Of a stretch of DNA of 64,000 bases, positions 52,601 to 62,264 are shown one piece after another. Origin of the DNA: Comamonadaceae bacterium (lineage in GTDB: Bacteria > Pseudomonadota > Gammaproteobacteria > Burkholderiales > Burkholderiaceae_C); assembly GCA_947459405.1 (NCBI GenBank), contig CANHDQ010000001.1, forward strand, positions 5,331 through 69,330, given 5' to 3'. The position numbers were made by a program, and so were the translations under genes. The notes beneath the pieces are model-generated. The model ran no database searches. It was given only the letters and a program-made list of their open reading frames with translations, and had not been told where the DNA came from. How positions within the stretch are numbered: the stretch's first letter is position 1; each line of letters begins with the position of its first letter.

Positions 52601-53688
52601 CCCTGCAGCAAGTGGCGCTCAACTTCGCGCGCGAGGGGGCGCTTTGGCGCGGCACCATCGAAGCCAGCGAGGTCAGCGGCCAGGCCGAGTACCGCCCGCC
52701 CAGCGCGGGCAACGCCGGGCGTCTGTACGCGCGCCTGTCGCGTCTGAGCCTGGGGCAGGTGACGAGCAACAGCGTGGAAAACCTGCTGGACAAGCAACCG
52801 GCGAGCATGCCCGCACTCGATATCGTGGTCGACGAACTCGATCTGCGCGGGCGCAAGCTCGGCCGCCTTGAGATTGAGGCCCTCAATCGCAGCGCCGCTC
52901 AGGGCGCGCGCGAATGGCGTCTGGCCAAGCTCATCCTGAGCGTGCCCGAGGCACGGCTGACCGCCAACGGCAGCTGGGCCGCACCGCCGACCGGCGCAGC
53001 CCCCGCACGCACAGGCGAGGCAGCGCTCAGGCGCAACACGCAAATGACGTTCCGGCTCGACATCAACGACTCGGGCGAATTGCTCAAGCGCCTGGGCATG
53101 GACGGCGCGATTCGGCGCGGCAAGGGCAAGCTCGAAGGCCAGATCGGCTGGAGCGGCTCGCCCCTGAGCCTGCACACGCCAAGCATGACCGGGCAATTTA
53201 CGGTGGATGTGGAGTCGGGCCAGTTTCTCAAGGCCGAGCCCGGCGTGGCCAAGCTGCTCGGAGTGCTCAACCTGCAGGCTCTGCCTCGGCGGCTGACACT
53301 GGACTTTCGCGATGTTTTTTCGGAAGGCTTTTCCTTTGACTGGGTGCGCGGCGAAGTGAGCATCGATCAGGGCGTCGCCCGCACCGACAGCTTGCGCATG
53401 AAAGGGGTCAACGCCGCTGTGCTGCTGGCCGGCGCGGCCGATATCGGACGCGAAACGCAGGACCTGCGCGTGGTCGTGGTGCCCGAAATCAATGCCGGCA
53501 CGGCCTCGCTGCTGGCCTCGGCCATTAACCCGGCGGTGGGTCTGGGCACCTTCATTGCCCAGTGGCTGCTGCGCCGACCGATCAACGAGGCGACCACACA
53601 AGAGTTTTTGGTGCGCGGCACCTGGGCCGATCCAGTGATCGAGCGGGTCAACCGCAGGCCCGCCGCAGCGGTGCCGCAGACGCCCTGA
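49639..53688 (+). CDS. yhdP: YhdP family AsmA-like phospholipid transport protein
   Basis: 1349 aa, N-terminal TM, beta-rich, LPRRLTLDFRDVFSEGF, GTWADP; glnE/yhdP/nit synteny. Confidence 0.92.
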   Translation: MSLESAPTPTILPPRLKLWARATQWLLALVVSFALLLALFWGLLNWLIVPRIDEFRPAIERLTRQATGLQIQIGELQARSSGLVPAFALRDVRLLDAQGQAALQLPEVLVAISARSLLKRGLEQLVIDGAQLEIKRTADGRFWVAGIDIGSFAPSDPQPLLNWLFSQTEWALLNGTVLWRDEQQGLQTELQQVNWVMRNSGQRHHMRLDATPQTQWGDRISVRGMLRQPLLSGAAGNWRQWSGELYAELGRIEAAPLQAYARLAGLEIAQGRGALRTWIDVERGRVVGALADVQLSQVQAQLGSKLPALALNSVSGRLGWQQLERSTQVRAEALSFESADGMRWPAGNVQWTGQQAPPGQATRSQLSAERIDLQALTALAQRVSLPAPLHEQLRSLQPQGLLETLQMSWVGPLSQPEQMQAQGRVRQLALSAQPAERGPGRPGMQGADVDFQFKRDPKQLSGQASIDLQGGWLELPGVFSEPKLTLEGLKTKIKFTHSASASSLEFEPSQLQAQDAQGQFQGSWSRQGGEGLGRLDLQGQLSRADASRVHRYLPLGIPEPVRRYVQSAVSQGQLSDVAFKVKGPVARFPFVQTGDGEFFVNAKLRNARYDYVPSYLAPKAKPWPAFEQLDADLSFNRASLQISNARAQIAGRPGLVMQKTLARIADLGSQSIVEVTGEIRGPVNQGLQLVQSSPLAGMTREVLSQASASGSGELQLRLNLPLRDLDSSTVQGTLQLAGNDVELRPDLPLLAQTRGTVQFTQGSVQVLDAQARVLGGDLRFEGSIRPKGEGGPEALFRGQGQISVEGLKQLRGQPWLSEFARHASGSTSYSATFGLRQGWLEASVQSPLKGLALSLPEPLNKPADAQWPLRIERSMVLASLGPDRKAQDRITLQLGPGPGLAGGLTASYLRDVSGPTPQVLAGDIALGSAPRELLGGQVRAQIQWPSLDLDAWDDAGSGLWESSRGLGPGYLPTAVILRSPQVRLQGHTLQQVALNFAREGALWRGTIEASEVSGQAEYRPPSAGNAGRLYARLSRLSLGQVTSNSVENLLDKQPASMPALDIVVDELDLRGRKLGRLEIEALNRSAAQGAREWRLAKLILSVPEARLTANGSWAAPPTGAAPARTGEAALRRNTQMTFRLDINDSGELLKRLGMDGAIRRGKGKLEGQIGWSGSPLSLHTPSMTGQFTVDVESGQFLKAEPGVAKLLGVLNLQALPRRLTLDFRDVFSEGFSFDWVRGEVSIDQGVARTDSLRMKGVNAAVLLAGAADIGRETQDLRVVVVPEINAGTASLLASAINPAVGLGTFIAQWLLRRPINEATTQEFLVRGTWADPVIERVNRRPAAAVPQTP

Positions 53689-53720
53689 CCATCGCTCTGA
53701 CCGTCGCTCTGACCGTCGCC
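53685..53720. repeat. 12-bp tandem repeat x3
   Basis: ctgaccatcgct ctgaccgtcgct ctgaccgtcgcc. Confidence 0.8.
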
Positions 53721-53759
53721 CCGATTCCACACCCCGATCCATACCATGAGCCTGCAGCA

Positions 53760-54565
<806 letters not shown>

Positions 54566-54569
<4 letters not shown>

Positions 54570-54685
54570 GCAGCGGCCAGCCTGATCAGCACCCTGCCCC
54601 CCCGTGGTCGGGGCTGACCGAGCGCGAGCAGGAAGTCATGCGCTGTGTGGTCGAAGGACTCGCCAACCTGGTGCAAGGGCCATGA
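54566..54685 (+). pseudogene. Truncated LuxR/FixJ-type HTH remnant
   Basis: ATGA-coupled to nit; 39 aa ending LTEREQEVMRCVVEGLANLVQGP, i.e. HTH helix 1 with no recognition helix. Confidence 0.6.
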
Positions 54686-54733
54686 CGGCCATGACCGCAA
54701 TCACGACCCTAGCGGCCATCAGGCGCCTGCGCT

Positions 54734-54868
54734 TTACCGTCGGCCGTCTTGATCGGGCGGCTGCTGGTCGGGGCGCTCGCCCTTGGGGCGGCCCGAAAAC
54801 ATGGTCCACCAGACGATGAACACCAGCAAGGCCAACGCCAGCAAAGCTTCGAGCAACAACAAGGTCAT
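54734..54868 (-). CDS. Small single-TM protein (44 aa)
   Basis: MTLLLLEALLALALLVFIVWWTMFSGRPKGERPDQQPPDQDGRR: clean TM helix plus charged tail. Confidence 0.6.
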   Translation of the reverse strand: MTLLLLEALLALALLVFIVWWTMFSGRPKGERPDQQPPDQDGRR

Positions 54869-56066
54869 GAAGGGCCGTCCACGCCTCTGCGGGCGCCCCG
54901 TAATTATCCCTGCCTGCTTCATCCTGATGGCCTGTCTGGTTTCTTGCAGCGCTCCCCGGCAGACCCCGCCGCCCCCGCTGCCGGCCGGCCCGTCAAGCCA
55001 GGGCCAGCCAGCCCCCGAGCCGCCCCCGCCGCCGCCGGGAAGGGCATCGGACCGCGCAGCAGGCTGCACAGCAGGCAGTGTGCGCACCGGCAGCAGCTGC
55101 TGGGTACCGGCGCAATGGTCGGAGCTGCCGGGCTGGGGCCAGGACCCGCTGGCCCAGGCCTGGCCCGCGCTGCTGCGCAGCTGCCAGCGGCCCACTCCGG
55201 CCTTTGCACCGCTGTGCCCCCAAATGCGCGCGCTGGCATCGGCCAGCGTCCAGCAGCAAAGCCAGTGGCTCATGGACACGCTCAGACCCTATCGCGTGCT
55301 CGATCTGGAGGGCAAGGCGCAGGGTTTACTCACCGGCTATTTCGAGCCGGTCTTGCCGGCGCGGCGCCTGCCTGCGGCCGACCACCCGGTGCCGCTGTAC
55401 CGCCCGCCAGCTGGACTGGCCGACCGGGCGCCCTGGTTCAGCCGCCGGGAGATCGACACCGTGCCGCAAGCCATGCAGGCGCTGCGCGGGCGGGAAATCG
55501 CTTGGCTGAGCGACCCGATCGATGCCCTGCTGCTGCACATCCAAGGCTCGGGACGGCTGGAGCTGACCGAGGCCGACGGCAGCTCGCGTCAGGTGCGGGT
55601 GGCCTTTGCCGGCACCAACGGGCAGCCTTACCGCAGCATCAACCAGTGGCTGCTTGAGCAAGGCGTGCAGCGCATCCACCCCTGGCCGCAAGCGACCAAG
55701 GCCTGGGCCGCGCAGAATCCACAGCGCGTGCCCGAACTGCTGTGGAGCAATCCGCGCTATGTGTTCTTTCGGGAAGAGCCGATCGGCGATCCGGCCGAGG
55801 GCCCGCGCGGCGCGCTGGGTGTGCCGCTGAGCGCCGGGCGCTCGATCGCGGTCGACCCCAGCAGCATCGCGCACGGCACACCGGTCTGGCTCGTCTCCCA
55901 GGGCCCGGCCGTGCAATTGGCCCGGCTGGTGGCCGCGCAAGACAGCGGTGGGGCGATCATCGGGGCGCTGCGGGTCGACTACTTCACGGGCACCGGCGCG
56001 CAGGCCGGCGAGCTGGCCAGCCGCATCCACCAGCCGCTGCAGGCCTGGGTGCTATGGCCGCGCTAG
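54867..56066 (+). CDS. mltA: Membrane-bound lytic murein transglycosylase A
   Basis: Lipobox LVSC; TGYFEP, IQGSG, NPRYVFF, SIAVDP, AQDSGGAI (3D domain). Confidence 0.9.
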   Translation: MKGRPRLCGRPVIIPACFILMACLVSCSAPRQTPPPPLPAGPSSQGQPAPEPPPPPPGRASDRAAGCTAGSVRTGSSCWVPAQWSELPGWGQDPLAQAWPALLRSCQRPTPAFAPLCPQMRALASASVQQQSQWLMDTLRPYRVLDLEGKAQGLLTGYFEPVLPARRLPAADHPVPLYRPPAGLADRAPWFSRREIDTVPQAMQALRGREIAWLSDPIDALLLHIQGSGRLELTEADGSSRQVRVAFAGTNGQPYRSINQWLLEQGVQRIHPWPQATKAWAAQNPQRVPELLWSNPRYVFFREEPIGDPAEGPRGALGVPLSAGRSIAVDPSSIAHGTPVWLVSQGPAVQLARLVAAQDSGGAIIGALRVDYFTGTGAQAGELASRIHQPLQAWVLWPR

Positions 56067-56227
56067 GGGCTCGAGCCGGCTCAGCCCAGGGCGGCATGGC
56101 CCGGCCATGAGCCAAGCCCTTGCGGCAACGCGGGGTCAAGCGCCGGGGGCTTGGCGCGGCCAAGCCGCCGCATACAATCGCCGCTTTGCGCCAAGCCCGC
56201 CCTGCTTGGGGAAGGTCTGCACAGCCC

Positions 56228-56316
56228 CGTCATCGCGAGAAGAGCAGCGACGCGGCGATCCATAAGCGTTTGATTTATCAACGTTTTTTGGATTGCCGCG
56301 CTTCGCTCGCCATGAC
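56228..56316. repeat. CGTC-tagged palindromic REP-like element
   Basis: cGTCATCGCGAG ... CGCGGCGATCCA [AT-rich loop] TGGATTGCCGCG ... CTCGCCATGAC. Confidence 0.75.
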
Positions 56317-56409
56317 AAAACGGACTTATGCGGACCGTCCCTGGGCCTAGGCGCGCCAGAGCCTGCCGTGCGGGCAGGGCCAACGTCAACCCCCTTTGGA
56401 GTTCAAGCC

Positions 56410-56742
56410 GTGTTCATTTCCTCTGCCTATGCCCAGACCGCCCCCGCTGCCGCCGGTGGTGGCGACATGATGTCCTCGATGGCCAGCATGCTGCCGCTGC
56501 TGCTGATGTTCGTCGTGCTGTATTTCGTCATGATCCGGCCCCAGATGAAGAAGCAAAAGGAGCACCGGGCCATGATCGAGGCGCTGGCCAAGGGCGATGA
56601 GGTGGTGACCGCTGGCGGCCTGCTCGGGCGGGTCAGCAAGATCAGCGATGGCTTCATCGGCGTGGAATTGGCCGAAGGCGTGGAAGTGCAGATGCAGCGC
56701 GCCTCTGTGGTTCAGGTGATGCCCAAGGGCACGATGAAGTAA
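56410..56742 (+). CDS. yajC: Preprotein translocase subunit YajC
   Basis: GTG start with GGAG SD; YFVMIRPQMKKQKEH, KGDEVVTAGG. Confidence 0.95.
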   Translation: MFISSAYAQTAPAAAGGGDMMSSMASMLPLLLMFVVLYFVMIRPQMKKQKEHRAMIEALAKGDEVVTAGGLLGRVSKISDGFIGVELAEGVEVQMQRASVVQVMPKGTMK

Positions 56743-56839
56743 AGCGCCCCGGGCCGCGCTCGCCCAAGCGAACCGGCCCACCCCCAACCTTGGTCCGGCC
56801 CCGGTCTGCCGCCGGACTGGCCTGTTGCGAAAGCGCCCC

Positions 56840-58705
56840 ATGAACCGCTACCCGATCTGGAAGTACCTGGTCATCACCGTCACCCTGGTGATTGCTGCGC
56901 TCTACACCTTGCCCAATTTCTTTGGCGAGGCGCCAGCGGTGCAGGTCTCGAGCCTCAAGACCATGGTCAAGATCGACCAGAGCACGGTCGATCGGGTGCA
57001 AGAAGCGCTCAAAGCGGCCGACGTGCAGGCACAAGAGGTGGTGCTCGACGGCAATTCGGTGCGCGTGCGCCTGGACAGCCCCGACACCCAGCTCAGAGCC
57101 AAGGACGCGATCCAAAAGGCGCTGGTCAACGCCGCCGACCCGAGCTACATCGTTGCGCTCAACCTGGTTTCGCGCTCGCCAGCGTGGCTGCGCAGCATCC
57201 ATGCCATGCCGATGTACCTCGGCCTGGACCTGCGTGGCGGCGTGCACTTCATGCTGCAAGTGGACATGCAGGCAGCGCTGACCAAGCGCATCGACTCGCT
57301 GGCCGGCGACCTGCGGCTGAACCTGCGCGAAAAAAGCCTGCGCTATGAAGACCTGATGCGCGAGGGCCAAGGCCTGCAGATGCGCCTGCCCGATGCCGCC
57401 ACGGTCGAGGCGGTGCGCAAACTCATCGACGAGCAGTTTGCCGATCTTCAGGTGCGCACCGAGCCCGAGGGCGCCAAGACCCGGTTGCTGGCCAGCATCA
57501 AGCCCGAGGCGGTGCGCCGCGTGCAAGAGCAAGCCCTCAAGCAAAACATCACCACCTTGCACAACCGGATCAACGAGCTGGGCGTCTCTGAGCCGGTGAT
57601 TCAGCAGCAAGGGCTCGACCGCATCGTGGTGCAACTGCCCGGCGTGCAGGACACGGCCAAGGCCAAGGACATCTTGGGCCGCACCGCCACGCTGGAGATG
57701 CGTCTGGTCGACGAGAGCGCCGAAGCGCGTGCGGCCGAGCTCGGCGGCGGCCTGGTGCCCTTCATGAGCGAAAGGTTTCTGGAGCGCGACGGCCGGCCCA
57801 TCATCCTGAAAAAGCAGGTGGTGCTCACGGGTGACAGCCTGACCGACGCGCAGCCGGGCTTTGATTCGCAAACCCAGCAGCCCAAGGTTGACCTGACGGT
57901 CGACGCCAAGGGCGGGCGCATCATGCGCGACGTCAGCCGCGAAAACCTGAAAAAACGCATGGCCATCGTGCTCTTTGAAAAGGGCAAGGGCGAGGTGCTG
58001 ACGGCACCGGTGATCCAGGGCGAGCTGGGCAATCGCTTTCAAATCTCGGGCTCCATGACCACCGTCGAAGCCAACGACCTGGCCCTGCTGCTGCGCGCCG
58101 GCTCGCTGGCTGCTCCGATGGAGATCATCGAAGAGCGCACCATTGGTCCGAGCCTGGGCGCCGAAAACATTGCCAAGGGCTTTAACAGCGTGACCTGGGG
58201 CTTTCTGGTGATCGTGGCCTTCATGGCGATCTACTACATGCTCTTTGGCCTGTTCTCGGGCCTGGCGCTGGCCGTCAATTTGCTGCTGCTGGTCTCGGTG
58301 CTGTCCATGCTGCAGGCCACTCTGACCTTGCCGGGCATGGCGGCCATGGCGCTGGCGCTGGGCATGGCCATTGACTCCAACGTGCTGATTAACGAGCGGG
58401 TGCGCGAAGAGCTGCGCAACGGCGCCGCGCCGCAGGCAGCGATCCAGGTTGGCTACGAAAGGGCCTGGGCCACCATCCTGGACTCCAACATCACCACGTT
58501 GATCGCCGGCCTGGCTCTGCTCATTTTTGGCTCGGGCCCGGTGCGCGGCTTCGCGGTGGTGCACTGCCTGGGCATCCTGACCAGCATGTTCTCGGCGGTG
58601 TTCTTCTCGCGCGCCCTGGTCAACCTGTGGTACGGGCGGCAAAAGAAACTCAAGTCGGTGTCGATCGGCACCGTCTGGCGTCCGGACGCCAGCACCAAGC
58701 CCTAA
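56840..58705 (+). CDS. secD: Protein translocase subunit SecD
   Basis: LGLDLRGGV, RINELGVSEP, IGPSLG, GMAIDSNVLINER. Confidence 0.97.
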   Translation: MNRYPIWKYLVITVTLVIAALYTLPNFFGEAPAVQVSSLKTMVKIDQSTVDRVQEALKAADVQAQEVVLDGNSVRVRLDSPDTQLRAKDAIQKALVNAADPSYIVALNLVSRSPAWLRSIHAMPMYLGLDLRGGVHFMLQVDMQAALTKRIDSLAGDLRLNLREKSLRYEDLMREGQGLQMRLPDAATVEAVRKLIDEQFADLQVRTEPEGAKTRLLASIKPEAVRRVQEQALKQNITTLHNRINELGVSEPVIQQQGLDRIVVQLPGVQDTAKAKDILGRTATLEMRLVDESAEARAAELGGGLVPFMSERFLERDGRPIILKKQVVLTGDSLTDAQPGFDSQTQQPKVDLTVDAKGGRIMRDVSRENLKKRMAIVLFEKGKGEVLTAPVIQGELGNRFQISGSMTTVEANDLALLLRAGSLAAPMEIIEERTIGPSLGAENIAKGFNSVTWGFLVIVAFMAIYYMLFGLFSGLALAVNLLLLVSVLSMLQATLTLPGMAAMALALGMAIDSNVLINERVREELRNGAAPQAAIQVGYERAWATILDSNITTLIAGLALLIFGSGPVRGFAVVHCLGILTSMFSAVFFSRALVNLWYGRQKKLKSVSIGTVWRPDASTKP

Positions 58706-58734
58706 AAACGCGCGTCACGACCGAAAGAGCCATC

Positions 58735-59691
58735 ATGGAACTGTTCAAAATAGGCCGCGACATCCCGTTCATGCGGCATGCCAAGATCTTCAACGCGATC
58801 TCTTTCATCACCTTCGCGCTGGCGGTCTTTTTCCTCTTCACCCGGGGCCTGCACCTGTCGGTGGAATTCACCGGCGGCACACTGATGGAGGTCAGCTACA
58901 GCCAGCCGGCCAATTTGGAAAAGGTGCGCGGCACCGTCGCAAGCCTGGGCTATGCCGAAGTGCAGGTGCAAAATTTCGGCACGGCCCGCGACGTGATGAT
59001 CCGCCTGCCGGTGCAAAAAGGCGTGACCACCGCCCAACAAAGCGATCGGGTGCTGCAGGCGCTCAAGGCCAGCGACCCCAGCGTGACGCTCAAGCGCACC
59101 GAATTCGTCGGGCCGCAAATCGGCGAAGAGCTGGCCACCGACGGACTCAAGGCGCTGGCCATGGTCGTGGTCGGCATCATGATCTACCTGGCCTTTCGCT
59201 TCGAATGGAAGTTCGCAGTGGCCGCCATCGTGGCCAACTTGCACGACGTCATCATCATCCTGGGGTTTTTTGCCTTCTTCCAGTGGGAGTTCTCGCTGGC
59301 CGTGCTCGCGGCGGTGCTGGCCGTGCTGGGCTATTCGGTCAACGAGTCGGTGGTGATTTTTGACCGAATCCGCGAAAACTATCGCCGCCTGCGCAAGATG
59401 GACACGGTGCAAATCATCGACAACGCCATCACCTCGACCATCAGCCGCACCATCATCACGCACGGCTCGACGCAGATCATGGTGCTGTCCATGCTGCTGT
59501 TTGGCGGGCCCACGCTGTTTTACTTTGCGCTGGCCCTGACCATCGGCATCTGCTTTGGCATTTACTCGTCGGTCTTCGTCGCCGCGGCCATGGCCATGTG
59601 GCTGGGCCTGAGCCGTGAAGACCTGATCAAGGCCGAGACCAAAAAAGGCGATCAGGACCCCAAGGATCCCAACGCCGGCGCGGTGGTTTAA
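58735..59691 (+). CDS. secF: Protein translocase subunit SecF
   Basis: EFTGG, VGPQIG, GYSVNESVVIFDRIRE. Confidence 0.97.
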   Translation: MELFKIGRDIPFMRHAKIFNAISFITFALAVFFLFTRGLHLSVEFTGGTLMEVSYSQPANLEKVRGTVASLGYAEVQVQNFGTARDVMIRLPVQKGVTTAQQSDRVLQALKASDPSVTLKRTEFVGPQIGEELATDGLKALAMVVVGIMIYLAFRFEWKFAVAAIVANLHDVIIILGFFAFFQWEFSLAVLAAVLAVLGYSVNESVVIFDRIRENYRRLRKMDTVQIIDNAITSTISRTIITHGSTQIMVLSMLLFGGPTLFYFALALTIGICFGIYSSVFVAAAMAMWLGLSREDLIKAETKKGDQDPKDPNAGAVV

Positions 59692-59712
59692 AAGCCCGGA
59701 CGCCCGCGCCGC

Positions 59713-60204
59713 TCAGTGCGCGAGCCGGCCCTCGCTGTCGTCGCACAGCTCGTCGAGCACCAGCGCATCGGGCTCTTGGCCTAAGCTCCAGTAGACCATC
59801 AGCACGATGATCTTGAGGTCATCCAGGCTCAGGGGTTCGCCCGCCACGGCCATGGCGCGGTCGACCACGATCTCGCGCATGTGCGGCGGCAACACATCGG
59901 CGCCTTCCAGAAAGCTGATGAAACCCAACGCATCGACGCCCAGCTGCTGGCGCTCGGCCGAGGAATACACGCGCAAGCTGTCGGCTGACTGCGGCAGGGC
60001 GCAGTCGAGCGCGCCGCGCGCGTCGGCCGGGCACACCCGGCTGGTCTGAGCGGCCAGCTGCAGGCCGTCGAGCCAGATCAGCGCGGCCTCGATCTCCTCG
60101 GGCTCAAAGCCCGCCGCACTGAGCTTGCGACCCAGGGCCGGCGCCTCGGGGCAGGCGTCGCCTTGCCAATAGTTTTCGTAGACGTAGACCAGCACCTCGA
60201 ACAT
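59713..60204 (-). CDS. smg: Smg/DUF494 family protein
   Basis: MFEVLVYVYENY, AGFEPEEI, LKIIVLMVYW; downstream of dprA. Confidence 0.9.
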   Translation of the reverse strand: MFEVLVYVYENYWQGDACPEAPALGRKLSAAGFEPEEIEAALIWLDGLQLAAQTSRVCPADARGALDCALPQSADSLRVYSSAERQQLGVDALGFISFLEGADVLPPHMREIVVDRAMAVAGEPLSLDDLKIIVLMVYWSLGQEPDALVLDELCDDSEGRLAH

Positions 60205-60284
60205 GGCCCCAATATAACGCACAAGGATGGGGCGGGCGCAAGTGGGGGCAGGCTGTCCTGACCATCGAGCCGCTTGAACACCCA

Positions 60285-61442
60285 CTAAGCCAGGCGCTGA
60301 AACAGGCCGCCGGGCAGGCGCCCAATGGCGCCCTCGAGCTCGAGCTCCAGCAGCCGGGCCTGCAGCCGCTCGGTGGGCCAGCCACAGCGGGCCTGCAAGG
60401 CGTCCAGGCCCACCGGCTCAAAGCCCAGTGCTTGCAGCAAAGGCCCGTCGTCGCTGCACCCGGGCGACAAGACGGTCTGCAGCTGCTGGCCCTCGGCCGA
60501 TCGGCCGGGTGCGGCTGCGGCCGCGACCGGGCGCAGCGCGCCCAGCTCGGCAAGGGCCTGCAGCACATCGGCCACGCTGCCCACCAGCCGTGCGCCCTGC
60601 ACGATCAGCTGGTGGCAGCCGCGCGACTGCGGCGAATCGATCGAGCCCGGAATGGCCATCACCTCCTTGCCCTGCTCGGCTGCCAGCCGCGCCGTGATCA
60701 AGGAGCCCGACTGCAAGTTGGCCTCGACCACCAGGGTGGCCTGCGCGAGTCCGGCCAAGATGCGGTTGCGCTGCGGAAAGTGGTGGTTCAAGGGCGCAGT
60801 GCCAATGGCAAATTCGCTCACGATGGCACCGTGCTCGAGCATCTGGCGGGCCAGCGCCAGGTGTTGTCGCGGATAAACCCGATCCAGACCCGTGCCCACC
60901 ACCGCCACCGTGCTGCCGCCGGCCTGCATCGCGCCCTGGTGCGCCGCGCCATCGATGCCCAAGGCCAGGCCCGAGACGATGCACACGCCCGCCTGGGCCA
61001 GCGCGTGGGCAAACTGCTGCGCATGACGCTGACCCTGCGGTGTGGGGTTGCGGCTGCCGACCACCGCCAACATGGGCTGGCCCCCGTGCTCACCGGCAGC
61101 CCACCGCCGCGCCAGCGCGCCCATGGCGTAGAGCAGCAAAGGTGGATCGTCAATATCCAAGAGCTGCGGCGCGTACCCGGCATCGCCCAAGGTGAACACA
61201 AAACGATCGTCCGCAGCCTCGAGCCAGTCCAGCGTGGCACGCAACTGGCCATCGAGCCCGGCCGGTCTGGCGGCCAGCGCGGCGGCACTGCGCTCCAGGC
61301 CGAGCCCTTGCAAGGCGGCATGGCTGAGCTCGAACACCGCCTGCGGCGAGCCGGCAGCGGCCAGCAAGTGCCGAGCCTGCACCCGCCCCACGCCGGGCGT
61401 GAGCAACAGCCTGAGCCAAGCCTCAAGTTCGTCGACCGGCAT
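60285..61442 (-). CDS. dprA: DNA-processing protein DprA
   Basis: VVGSRN, VSGLALGIDGAAH, FPQRNRI, SGSLITA, C-terminal wHTH. Confidence 0.95.
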   Translation of the reverse strand: MPVDELEAWLRLLLTPGVGRVQARHLLAAAGSPQAVFELSHAALQGLGLERSAAALAARPAGLDGQLRATLDWLEAADDRFVFTLGDAGYAPQLLDIDDPPLLLYAMGALARRWAAGEHGGQPMLAVVGSRNPTPQGQRHAQQFAHALAQAGVCIVSGLALGIDGAAHQGAMQAGGSTVAVVGTGLDRVYPRQHLALARQMLEHGAIVSEFAIGTAPLNHHFPQRNRILAGLAQATLVVEANLQSGSLITARLAAEQGKEVMAIPGSIDSPQSRGCHQLIVQGARLVGSVADVLQALAELGALRPVAAAAAPGRSAEGQQLQTVLSPGCSDDGPLLQALGFEPVGLDALQARCGWPTERLQARLLELELEGAIGRLPGGLFQRLA

Positions 61443-61667
61443 CCCGACCTCCTGCACGCTGGTGTGCCAGGGCGCATTTGAGCCCGGCGCAAAGGCGGGC
61501 AGTTTATGGCGCGGCTGGCTCCTTCGGTAAGCCTCGCAAGGCATATCGACCATCTTTAACTTTTGCTTGGCTCACGGGCGATCCTGGCCCGTCCATAGGC
61601 CCACCCGTTTCACGCGCGTCACTTTGCTGGGACAATCCACCCATTCCCGTGTTTCCCACGCGCTGCC

Positions 61668-62192
61668 ATGCCCGCTCTGACCATCCTCCGCTATCCCGAC
61701 CCGCGCCTGCACAAGGTGGCCCAGCCTGTGGCGGCTGTGGACGACCGCCTGCGCGAACTCATCGACCGCATGCTCGAGACCATGTACGAGGCGCAGGGCA
61801 TCGGCCTGGCTGCCACGCAGGTGGACGTGCACCAGCGGCTGATCGTGATTGACGTCAGCGAAGAGCGCAACGAGCCGCTGGTGCTGGTCAATCCAGAGAT
61901 CGTCTGGGCCAGCCCTGACAAGCGCCTGGGCGAAGAAGGCTGCCTGTCGGTGCCCGGCATTTACGACGGGGTCGAACGATCGCTGGCCGTCAAGGTCAGG
62001 GCGCTCGACCGCGAGGGCCGCGAGCAAACGATCGAGGCCGAGGGCATTTTGGCGGTGTGCATCCAGCACGAGATGGACCACCTGCAAGGCAAGGTGTTCG
62101 TGGAATACCTGTCGATGTTCAAGCGCGGGCGCATCAAAACCAAGATGGCCAAGCTGCAACGCGAAGACGAGCGCTACGCGCAACAGGGCTGA
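61668..62192 (+). CDS. def: Peptide deformylase
   Basis: [18 protein letters not shown]. Confidence 0.98.
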   Translation: MPALTILRYPDPRLHKVAQPVAAVDDRLRELIDRMLETMYEAQGIGLAATQVDVHQRLIVIDVSEERNEPLVLVNPEIVWASPDKRLGEEGCLSVPGIYDGVERSLAVKVRALDREGREQTIEAEGILAVCIQHEMDHLQGKVFVEYLSMFKRGRIKTKMAKLQREDERYAQQG

Positions 62193-62264
62193 TCGGGCCC
62201 GAAAGCCCTGCTCAATGGGGCAGCAACGCCCTCCTAAAATCGGGCCTTTTTGGTCTGCCCCTTC

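Noticed and set aside
56269-56281. TTGAT-tt-ATCAA resembling an FNR box
   Set aside because: Spacer is 2 nt rather than 4, and it sits in the loop of a palindromic repeat
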